Origin: Diadema antillarum
Lineage: Eukaryota
Direction of reading: 5' to 3'
Assembly: GCF_040938485.1 (NCBI RefSeq)
Contig: NW_027271750.1
Span: 186,001 to 250,000 of the forward strand
Length of the DNA stretch: 64,000 nucleotides
Numbering within the stretch: the stretch's first letter is position 1; every line of letters starts with the position of its first letter. Shown one piece after another: positions 1-11,000 of the stretch. The notes below the pieces were generated by a model that saw only the letters and a program-made list of their open reading frames with translations, was not told the origin of the DNA and did not search any database. Made by a program: the position numbers and the translations under genes.

Positions 1-592
1 TTAACATATATACTTTTTTATTCAAGTATGTCGCATCCAGGCAATATACTGTTATGTATAATTTAACAGTTGTTAAACCTTCTAGCCAAAGGCGAGGGAT
101 ATTTTCATCAGAAAGTAGTTAATGTTTCCTTCTAGTGTATTGTAGTGGCGGATTCAAGGCGGGCACATGAGGCACCCCCCCCCCCCCCCCCCAACTTGAA
201 AATTCGAGTTTTGTGCCACCACCCCTTTGTAAAATTTGTGCTATTTAAAACAAAAAGGAAAAGGGGAAAAATGGGGGGGCGCCTCCTCCTCCCCCCCCCC
301 CCCCCCTTCTTGGCGCCTCCCCTTTGCGAAATTCCTTGATCGCAATAGGGGTGAGGAGGATTCAAAAGATACTTCACAAAAAAGAGCCCTTTGAAACCAG
401 TCCTCATCAGTGGCGTATCTAGGGAAAACGGCGCCCGGGGCAAGCGCGAAAATTGCGTCCCTAATTTCTGAAAAAGACTAAGTGTTCAACCCCAACCCGG
501 TCCCGGTAGGGACTTTAAGCAAAGTCCACATGATATGCTTTTCAAGCCCTTACAAGGGGTCTTTTGAAAGTGATTTAAATGTAATGAATTTT

Positions 593-1500
593 GATAAATT
601 TTGGCGAGCGAGCGCAGCGAGCGAGCCGAAAATTTTCGTATTTCAGCTGACAAAACATGGAATTCTTGTCATTTCTTGCTTATCAAATTTTACAATTCTA
701 ATTAAGATAGTGACGGCCTTATAGATAACGATTTATCTATACCAAGAAACTGAGTACTTTAAAAAATATTCTAAATCAGGGGGGGCATTTCATGAAGCAT
801 TTTGTCCGACAACTTGTCGGACAAAATTTGCTCTCAGCCAATCAGAAGCAAGGATTTCAGTAGCTTTTAACTGTTTGTCAGACGAGATATCTGACAAATT
901 GCTTCATGAAAATGTCCCCCATGTACGCGCGAGTGAGCCGAAATTTGTATATTTCCGCGTCATCATGACGTTTTGTTCTTATCTCCTTTCTGTTTTGATA
1001 AATTTTGGCGGGCGAGCGCAGCGAGCGAGCCGAAAATTTTTGTATTTCAGCTTACAAAACATGGAACTCTTGTCATTTTTTGCTTATCAAATCTTACAAT
1101 TCTATAATCAAGATATAGTGACGGCCTTATAGATAACGATTTTTACCAACAAACTGAAGACTTGAAAAAATACTCTAAATTAGTACGAGTGAGTGAGCCG
1201 AAATTTTTTATTTCCGCGTCATCATTACGTTTTGTTTTTATCTCCTTTTTGTTTTGATAAATTTTGGCGAGCGAGCGCAGCGAGCGAGCCGAAAATTTTT
1301 GTATTTCAGCTTACAAAACATGGAACTCTTGTCATTTTTTGTTTATCAAATCTTACAATTCTAATCAAGATATAGTGACGGCCTTATAGATAACGATTTT
1401 TACCAACAAACTGAGGACTTGAAGAAATACTCTAAATTAGTACGAGTGAGTGAGCCAAAATTTGTATATTTCCACGTCATCATTACGTTTTGTTCTTATC
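593..1500. repeat. Tandem array of ~259-bp units (GATAAATTTTGGCGAGCGAGCGCAGCGAGCGAGCCGAAAATTT...), partial fourth copy near 1727-1790
   Basis: Unit starts at 593, 997 and 1256; the first interval is longer by ~145 bp because of a nested MITE. Confidence 0.9.
780..919. mobile_element. Harbinger-like MITE (GGGGCATTTCATGAAGCA TIR) nested in the array
   Basis: Terminal inverted repeats; same family as 29323-29464; neighbouring array units show the empty site. Confidence 0.8.
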
Positions 1501-2199
1501 TTGTTTGATTTTTTTGGCGCCCCCCCCCCCGTATTTTCGAAACCGTTGCCGCCTTCTTTTGATCCAATTGGCGATCGCTTCAGAACGAAAGAAATTGCAG
1601 CCGCTGCTCCGTGAAACATTTTGCCTCCTAAACATAAAATGACATGTGTGAACACAATAGACATTGTCATTTTGGCCCTCGCCATCATCACATTTTGTTC
1701 TCACCTTCTTCTTCTATATAAAATTTAGAGAGCGAGCGCAGCGAGCGAGCCGAAAATTGTTGTATTTCAGCTTACATAACATGGAATTCTTGTGTGAACA
1801 CAATAAACATTGTCATTTTGTCCGAGACATCATTATGTATTGTTTTTATCTTTTTTTTGATTTGGTTTTCTGCCCCCCCCCCCCCCACACACACACCATT
1901 CTTCCTCCCCCCCCCCCCCCCCTTCCGGTGAGTTGTTTCTTCTTCTTCTTCTTCTTCTTCTACTTCTTTTTTTTTTCTTTTTTCCTTTCTTCTTCCTTTT
2001 TTCTTTTTTCTTTCTTCTTCTTTTTTTTTGCGCCCCCAAGGAGTGGCGCCCGGGGCACGTGCCCCCCTTGCCCCCCCCCCCCCCCTAGATACGCCACTGG
2101 TCCTCATAGTTAGAAGAAAGATTTTGATTTTAATCTCAAAATTTCGATAGAACCAAATCATTTGGGAATACTCAAATAGTGTTTCACAAAAGAACCAAA

Positions 2200-2900
2200 G
2201 TCGGCAAAGAGTTCATGGTTGGATGCTCGCTCAAGCAGGTTGCGCTTGTGTTCCGAGTCGAAAAGAATTGAATGACGTCACATTTTTATGTAATGACGAT
2301 ATTGGCAAGGTTCGGCTGACGGAGAAATGGTGACCTATGTATGTGTGTGGTGGATACAGGACGATCTCACACTGCCACCATACCATCAGCGCGTAGCGTA
2401 ACCTACGTGTTATACAATGCACAATTTACCGATGTGTATTTTCGGCGAGCGTGGGGATAGGATAGTACCGTTAGGATACACACACAGGTTATGATTGACT
2501 CAGGCGAATTAGTACGTGCATCTGTGTGGGAAAGAGCTGTTTTTGCCTGTGTTTGTGTATGTGTGGTTCTGATTTTTCAATAGACTGTTGCGTACATGGA
2601 AAAACAGTATAATTTTCTTCTCATGCAAACTACCTTATGCTACTCTGCGGCGATTGCTGACATTTTTACCGGAGTTTGATGTCTTCCACCAGAATCCGGA
2701 CATCCTCCCCCTGATTATGTACGTCAGTCATGCACTACTAAGTAGTAACTAGTATCTATGTCGTCGGGCAACCTACCGCCGTCGCAAGAGCAAGGAGAAG
2801 GACCGTTTTACTACCCATCAGGGCATCACCTTCTCGAGCGAACAGCCGAATGACAGACTCGGACCATAAAATTTGTTGAATGGTGGAACTTCTTCATTTG
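2200..2900 (+). promoter_or_regulatory. CpG-rich promoter and probable non-coding 5' exons of the LRP12-like gene
   Basis: CpG-dense compared with the CpG-poor gene body; CRE-like TGACGTCA near 2273; candidate donor AT|GTATGT at 2339, acceptor tttcaatag at 2583 and donor AT|GTACGT at 2719. Confidence 0.5.
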
Positions 2901-3834
2901 ATCAGATAGATCCCGTGACACCGTCCGTACTTTCATTTTATAACAACTTGAAACGTTACCTTTGTTTGGTTACTTCACAACAGCACATTAATTGCCGTTG
3001 TTCTTTGAGTTTGACTTAGAATTGCACTGTCTTGCAGGTTAATGTCAATGATTTGACATTTGTAAGCAAGCTGTTTTCTGGTCTAATGTTAGGGAGATAA
3101 ATTTATGTAAATTTAGTAATTTTTGTCGACTCAATCTAGCGCAAGCCTTATGCATGTGATTATTAAGTAGACAAATTAAATGACCGAATGTTTCGGTGGT
3201 ATGAACACACAACAAAAACAAAGCTTTAAATTATGGTTTTACTTTTACATGAACTGGAATTGAGTGGGCAATCGATTGCATGATATGACCTCGTTTGAAA
3301 TAGCTGTGGTGTCTGGACTCCTCTGTCAAGTTCTGTTCTGAACATGCAGCTCAAGTGTGGGTCCATGTCCATTTCAACTACAGTACTGGTAGGCCTACAG
3401 CTGCGATACTGCTCTCCATTGCATCGGTGTTGAGAATTACATGCACAATTGGCAGTTTCACTTGTGAATATTAACTGGCATTAACTAGAATTAGAATTGG
3501 CTGAATTGAAGAGGCTTCAGCACGGTGCTTACGAAAGGTTTTCCGCAAGCAAAGTGTTACAGCTCGCTGCCCCTCGACAACAACGGAGTGATAGCTTCAA
3601 GAACTTCCAAGAGGTGTGATACTAGCAGTGCCACCATTGTCGTAGTTTATCTTATTTCCAGCAACCAGTTACTAACTTCACAAGCCCTCCAGAATGATGG
3701 CCATTTTCATGGACAGCTTTCGATTACCCATCTCTGTGAGAGGTTGCGGCCAGTGTTGTACACGTAAGTAATAGTGTTTAGTAGAGTCTATCTAGTAGTA
3801 GTAGAGTCGAGTCTAAAAAAGAGAAGAATTGAAA

Positions 3835-4112
3835 TATTTTATTTACAGCTTTTTCTCCCAGCACCATCTGCCTGTGGAATTCTCTACCCGCAATAGTGGT
3901 TTCAGCTCCATCTATTGACTGTTTCTGGAGCTGCCTAGTACCACTCATCCTTCGTTAGCTCTCCAGTTGAGATGCTTTTTACTTGCACTGTAGTTTGTTC
4001 TTTATACTGCACCCAGTGCGATGGTCATGACTGTTTTTGTGGTTCTGGCCTCGCCAATTCATGTTCAGCAATACTCTACAAAGAAACTGTACAGTAGTGG
4101 AAGAAGAAGAGA
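3835..4112 (+). mobile_element. Decayed 3' end of a CR1/L2-like LINE
   Basis: Frameshifted YSFF-PSTICLWNSLPAIVVSAPSIDCF resembles the LINE ORF2 C-terminus (SFFPRTIxxWNxLP); GAAGAAGAAGA-type tail. Confidence 0.55.
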
Positions 4113-4977
4113 AAGTACAGTACATGGATTCTGGAACAATTTACTCCACCACAAAGATAAATATAGCAATCATTTTTATGTAAATTCTATACAAACTTAC
4201 AACTTTGTAAACTGAGGACTACTTGTATAAACACAGATGTTACAATATGTGAGCCATCAATGACCTCCACTTTATCGTGTGTGTAATCACACACACAACT
4301 CCATAGGATATTCTGCACTTGTACATTTTGCATTGTCCCATGTATAAACATTGATGTTTGCAGGTTTAGAGCTTGTGGCTTCTGACAAGATTTTACTTGT
4401 ACTTAATGTTAACTTCTGTCTAGAATTCCTGATCCAGCTAATCTTGATGTTATTTCTTGCTGGTTACTCCAGTACTACCCTTAGCTTAATTTTCATACAT
4501 ATGTGTTTATTTCCATGTATGTCTCCACTTTTACAAAAAGAAAAAAAGAGGCATTTGACAGTGTCTCAAAAATTATTTTCAAGTTACCAAAACTTAAATT
4601 TTAGAGGGTTAGAGAAATGAAGTCCTTGGACCAAAGCAGGCTTCATTGCTAGTAATTGCAGATTCCATCATAAATACCAGCTCGCCTTTTGATTCTTTTT
4701 CTGTCCCCTAGGAAGGCAAGCCAGTGTGCATCTGGAGTCTCCCTGAACTTTGATTAAATTAATATTAATGACAAAAAATTCACATCTAGACAATTGAACT
4801 GCTGCGAATTGTTGATCAGAAGCATTTCTAGCATTTCAGATATAAACAGACAATGAAGTGAGTTTCAAGCATAATACAGTACAACTCTTGGTCTGTGAGT
4901 CATTCTTGAAAATAGAATGTTCGATTCATGTACAGGATTAACTTTATTGTTGTGCTCTATCAACAGGACTGTATCAG

Positions 4978-5023
4978 ATGATTGTGTGCCAGCTCCTTAT
5001 TACATCAATTCTTTGCCTGTCAG
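4978..5023 (+). CDS. LRP12: LRP12-like coding exon 1: signal peptide [15 protein letters not shown]
   Basis: Acceptor caacag at 4966; ATG at 4978; hydrophobic 15-mer; donor CAG|GTGAGT in phase 1 joins the next exon in frame (G+TG=Val). Confidence 0.8.
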
Positions 5024-8000
5024 GTGAGTTTGACCTTCTTTAGCTTATCAGTTCAAGTTTCAGTACGCACACCGTCCTGTCACATGCTTGTATTGTTTTG
5101 ACCACAAAGGAAACCTTTAGTGGTCCAGGGAATAGAAATTAACAAAGCTGACAATGTTCAGATCTTGTGTACAGTGTAGGTGATGTCTCTTTAACTTTTT
5201 TCCCTCTTCTCACAACAATAGTATGTACATTTGATTTTATGTTGTTTCTGGTGCTGACAGATGTCTGTTTTACTGCTTAGATCCATATCATCCTATTAGT
5301 GACATCATTATTATTCAGGTGCAAGTTTCTTCACATTGTCTCCCTACGAGCTACAAATTAAATTTGTTAAGATCGCAACTGCTGATCTGTAAATTAACAA
5401 ACATGTCAGTAGCAGCAGTAGATGACGGGTTCGAGTCCACTGGTTCCTTTTTTTCCAACATGTTTGTTTATTTACTGATCAGCAGTTGCGATCTTAACAA
5501 ATTTAATTTGTAGAGGGAGACAAAGTGAAGAAACTCGCACATGAACCTTCACCCCTCTGAATGATATCTGTCTCTCANNNNNNNNNNNNNNNNNNNNNNN
5601 NNNNNNNNNNNNNNNNNNNNNNNNNNNNNNNNNNNNNNNNNNNNNNNNNNNNNNNNNNNNNNNNNNNNNNNNNNNNNNNNNNNNNNNNNNNNNNNNNNNN
5701 NNNNNNNNNNNNTATTATTACTGTTGGGTTTTTTTGCCATGAGTCAGCTACTGTATGTGTGTCTTGATCAATGCAAGGTCATCTATCGTCTTCATAATGT
5801 TATGTTTGCACTGTACACCTGACCTGTTTGTATTGTTTGATTGTTTTTTCAGTGCCTGGCCAGCCTTCAGTTGAAACCCTGTGTTCCACTGATGGCCGCT
5901 ACGAGAAGGAGGGTCAAATCAGCAGTCCGAACTTCCCTGACTCCTACCCGAACGATATCAACTGCAAATGGCATATCTATCATGAGTCGAATGAGATGAT
6001 AACCATAAGGTACTGTACCTTTCTCATATATCCTGGCCATAGTGCCATCAGCTGAAAAGTACAGCTTTGACTTAAAGAGGTGCATAGACAAACAAACAAA
6101 CAAACAAATAGACAAACACAGTGCTTCACTTTTATATTGGAATCATGAATTAAGAAATAAAAAAGAAACTAAAGTATCGCATGAGTAATTAAGGTTTGCA
6201 TGAAATGAAAATAACCATATGAAAATCACAAACTGAATTTTGAAAATGACACCTTATTTCTAACTGCTGTTCCAGCATACCTAGGTACTGTAAAAGGAAT
6301 GTTCACGTGCATTTTAATTTCACGAAATTCGCTAGCGCCAAGATTCGCAAAATTAAAATGTACACGAAATTTCTTGTCTACATTATATGCATTGAACGCC
6401 AGAGGCAGTTCGTGAAAATTTCTTGCCACACAAAAGGCTGTGGGCTCCAATTCACGAAAATTTTGTGCCGCAAATATATCGTGTTTTACAGTATATTTGT
6501 TGCTGTATTCATCACACATATACTGTGGCAAAGACTTTACACTGTGCCATAAGGTCATCAAATTTCTAGTCCTCATAATTCAGAATTGATGATGCTTTGC
6601 GTCCAACACTGTTGAATTTGTGCAACAAAATTTTACTTGAGACTACAGACTGTAAATTTCCCAGCTATTCTGCATCTTGCTGAACAAGTTTATTTGGTGC
6701 AATTCTTCTCTTGAAACCAGTAAAAACTATCCACAAATCTGTCTGATGCATTTATTTCACCATGGCTTACCATACATTGTGAGTGTAACACGGAAGCGAT
6801 TTGTGGTCTGGTTTTGTTTTTGTTGGTTTCTTCTTTAAGTGTTTATTTAGTTGTTGCTTATATAGCATCAGTAAACATAACAAAATCACACACAAAATAA
6901 ATAGTGGTTTGTTATGTTTCCAATAATGGTATATAAGTCCTTTGTTGTGGTCTGGGAAGGCTTTTAATGCTACTTATTTTAAAGTCTGTCTTTTGTTACC
7001 TTAGTTTCTCACCTTTGCAAGAGGGAAAAGGGGACAAATACATTCAAATTATTTAGGATAGTGCACAACACTGAACATGTGTTCTTGGATTTTGTCAATT
7101 CAACTTACAGGTTACAGTACTTTGTTATTTAGCTCACAAGAGCCAGTTCAGGCTCGGCGATATGGTGCAATTAACTCTCCAAAAGCTTTTGCCCTCACTG
7201 ACTAATTTGCATAAAGTAAACAACTTGTGTAGGCAAAACTGTAAGAGAAGTATTACAGGACAATCACAATACCCTCACCTCAGAACATCAAATGATATAA
7301 TCTATACAACAAATTGAAGGAGAAACAATTCATTAACTCGCAATGTTAGTTATTTTGGGTCTTATTGGGGATATATCTGTGAAAATAATGTTGAAAATTA
7401 GCTTACAAAAAAAGAAAAATTTCGTCGGTAAGAAAAGCATTATTTTCTCACATTTTCTTTATTGCTCCAAAATGAATGACTTGTAGTATGTCCATTCCCT
7501 GTTCCAAATGTCTTTTCTGTAATTTGTGTCGCACAGTTACATGTATGTCAGGGAAAAAAATCAAGATTACGGTCAATCGTGACCTATCAAATCTTCGTGC
7601 TATGCACACGTAAAATCCATGGCATAAATGCATGCAACAGTTGACACATTGCCGAGTTCTTCTCAACTCCCTGACAGAACCCAATCACTAAACCTGACAA
7701 CACTGAATGGCTGAGCGTGAGCTAATTAACAGAGAATGCATGCATAGACGGAAAATCTAGGTGTGCATATCCAGTATTTTCTCATAAACTCAGTTGTCTG
7801 TCTGTTCTGATTATGACCTAACTACTAATTGCGCAAACACAAAATTTCGCAGGTTGTGAGTCTGGGCTATACGGACTAGCAGATACATCAACATTTTTGC
7901 CAAAAATTCATATGGAGGATGAAATATCCATATTGGTTATGTGTGAAGTTTCAAGGGATTTGATGGTAAAGTAAGGGAGATACGCGGAGGTGAACTGTTG

Positions 8001-11000
8001 AGATGTTTTCTCCTTTGCTTCACACAGTGCTTTGATGACCATTATGAATCTAAAAGCTTTTGCGTCTTATCGCAGAGTTAGACCCCGTTTACAGTGCGAG
8101 GCTCGGCCGCGGCCGAGCCAACCTTCATTTCAGTGTAAATGCACAAAAGGCCAAATGCGAGGCCAAAATTGGCCGCGCATTTGGTTTTGTCCTGCAAAGG
8201 ATTTTTTCCTTCGGCAAAGGCCTTTGCCTGAACAGCGACTTCGTCGCCACGGAATTCAGTTGGCAAAGGGTCTGAAAACCAGACAATACCAAATTGCATT
8301 TGTTTACAAGCAGAGCGCCACTACGACAAAATATTGAAAGGTTTAAATCAAAAGCGCGGCCAAGCCGGCAGTGTAAACGGACAAAATTGCGGGGCTGGAC
8401 CTTGCAATTGAGGTTGGGCTCAGCCGCGGCTCGGCCACGGCTCGGCCCAGCCCCGCACTGTAAACGGGGTCTTAATTGCACCCTATCACTGAGCCTGAAG
8501 TGGCTCAGGTGACCTGTTGGCGATTGTTTATCATTTCCTGTGTGCATTATGTTTCACTTTCATTGTTCTTGGGAAAAGTGACATCTGGCTTTTGACTGAG
8601 ATTGGTTGGAATCATCATAGGCCCAGACCAAATACCCCACATTATCAAATTTTGGTCATGATTTTTGACATTTTCATCTTGAAGAAATGTGGCTGGAGTT
8701 TGACCAAATTTGACAGGAATCATCAATGGGGGAAGGGGATTATATTTTGTACAAGTGGTGGCTTTGCCCAAATACCCAAAATTAGTTCATTTTCATTTTT
8801 TTTTTTTTTTACGCATTTTCTTCTTCTTAAAAATTGGTTGATAGATATTGACCAAGCTTATCTGGAATCTTCAAAAGGGAGGAGGGGATTATAGTTTTGT
8901 TTTTATTTAATTTTTTGTTTTTGTTGTTGTTGTTAGGGTTTTTTTTTTTTTTTTGTATCAATGGTGGTGAGGGCCCAAATGTCTTAAGTTAAGAAGGTGT
9001 TGCCCAAGGGGCATGCAGCAATTCCCAAATCTCTAAATTTTTGCAATAAGTTTGCCTTAACATATATATGTAGGTGGAGTGCCAAGAAGGCAAAGTGCAC
9101 TGCTCTCGTGAATGCTAAACCTGAGGATCTCTTTGTTTCTCATAGTTTTAGTTTTCTCATCATTTAAGTTGTGTTTTAAGAGTGTACAAGTATATCTAAC
9201 TTTTGTTCTGCATACATTTTAGGTCTTCAGTAGTTGTTGTTTTGCTTTGTTTTGTTTTGTTTTTACAAATAGTGTGTATCAATGAACATGTATAGTATTT
9301 TTGTTCAAACAAAATTAAGTGGGTTGTCCAGATATTACAACATTCAACAAGGTAAATAGTGCAGGAGGCAGTATTTGGCTATTTAAATACTGACAGATCA
9401 GAGCTAAACAAACACATGAGGTGGTAAGAGGGTCCAGAAGTTTACTTTATTTACAAGTCCTTTGACAACAGTATCAGTTTGAAACATCTATGCACTGGGT
9501 GGCACTGGAGTAGATAGCAGACTCACGCCCCCTATCCTACTCAAAAGATATTACAGTATTAAAGCTGAGTTTGTTTGAATAAAGGGACAACAGTAGACAG
9601 TATACGCAGTTGGTGTTATGACAGAGTGAATTAGGATTGGTTATGAGTATGGGACAGAGATATGCCATGTCAGCATAGAGCCACAGCGCACGCGTCTTGT
9701 CTGTCATCAGTCTAGATATGATACACAGCTATGGCAGAGACACACTTTTGATATTGTCCTGTGACAGATCATCTCCTTCTTTTGTTTCTTATTAGTGTTT
9801 AATTTCATGAGCCTTTATTGCATGCCATGAAAAGTTACCGGTACGAGTATTATACACACGTATGTGATACTTCTGTGCAGGTCCCATACAAGTACTCAGT
9901 GTGTAGAACAGTTGAAGTTTCATTCTATCATAAACAGTATATATTTGTCAGGGTAATTCCCGACAAAAATTTGAGCTGTAGATGGATGCAGCCATTCTGT
10001 CCCGTGTCGTGTGCAAGTGGTAGTTAAGTGCTATGCTGTTGGAGAGAACTTGCCTAAAATGGCTTGGTGTGGGACCATTTTTCTGTGAACAATTATGCAG
10101 TGCCCCAAGCACAGGAGTGCGCAAATTTATGCACTCTGTTTGTGTACAATGTTTTCTCCAAAGTTTTGTGCATAGTATAGTCTACCATCAGAGGAAAGAA
10201 CATGAATACAGGAAACCCTCATCCCCCCACCTCATAGTGTACATCTGCCTGTCTATTATGATGTCTTCTTGTATCAATTTATTTCTCAGTTTCTCACTTT
10301 TAGTGGTTGCTGATCCAGACATAGATTCTTTGTATTATTGTAATACAGGATTTTGTAGGCTTGACTCACATGTCAGGGAAGTAACACTCCAGCAATTTCA
10401 TTGTTGTGACACGCCATACATGTAGATTCAACTTCATTTGTATGGGTTATGTGGGCTGTATGGATCAAAGTCCAGTGCCATGCCAGCATTGGCAAAACAC
10501 AAATGAAACATGAAGACTATAAAGCTCTGTCACAAAAGGAAAAAAAAAGGCTGTGTCATGCATAGTTGATTTGTATAAAAATGGAATATATATATGTCAT
10601 ACCCTTCAGACTGTTTTCTTTCTGTTTCAGTCTTTTCAAAGATTGACTACTTGTGTATATTTGTATACTAGTTGTTCTAAAGACAATTAAGTAGTCTTTC
10701 AGTGCTGTATTTCCTCTGTAGTGTTTGATTCTGTCCTTTCCATGGGGCCAAAGGCTATACTTCTTTCATGTGCATTTTATTCAAATACAGTCTGTGAGAT
10801 TGTAATGTGCTGAACATTTTGGAAGGTGTATCTCATGTATTCAAGTTCATAGCTTTTGTTACAGGGATGTGTAGGAGTTTCAGCTGTACTCTGTAGGTAG
10901 AATTCCAACTACAGTTCGACCTCGATTATCCGGCCATGTCAGGACCGGCGCTCATCCGCATTTATAAGCGAATTGGCCGGATATGGGAGACACAATGTTA

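Larger units (their letters stand above)
408..2099. mobile_element. Non-autonomous hAT-type DNA transposon with an internal ~259-bp tandem array
   Basis: 17-bp TIR CAGTGGCGTATCTAGGG / CCCTAGATACGCCACTG; perfect 8-bp TSD GTCCTCAT at 400-407 and 2100-2107. Confidence 0.9.

Noticed and set aside
593-1500. CRISPR-like repeat-spacer array
   Set aside because: The whole 259-bp units are homologous with no unique spacers; eukaryotic context and no cas genes.
132-2161. ORFs 132..443, 145..339, 482..724, 875..1132, 1664..2113, 1772..2161 and similar
   Set aside because: They are read through poly-C/G, (CTT)n and the transposon's tandem array; low complexity, no domains.
5549-5767. ORFs spanning N runs (also 50173-50491 and 52254-52606)
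   Set aside because: Open only because Ns contain no stop codons.
9422-9766. Possible solo LTR on the minus strand (TGTCAC...AATAAA...TTACCA)
   Set aside because: No matching target-site duplication and no second copy in the window.
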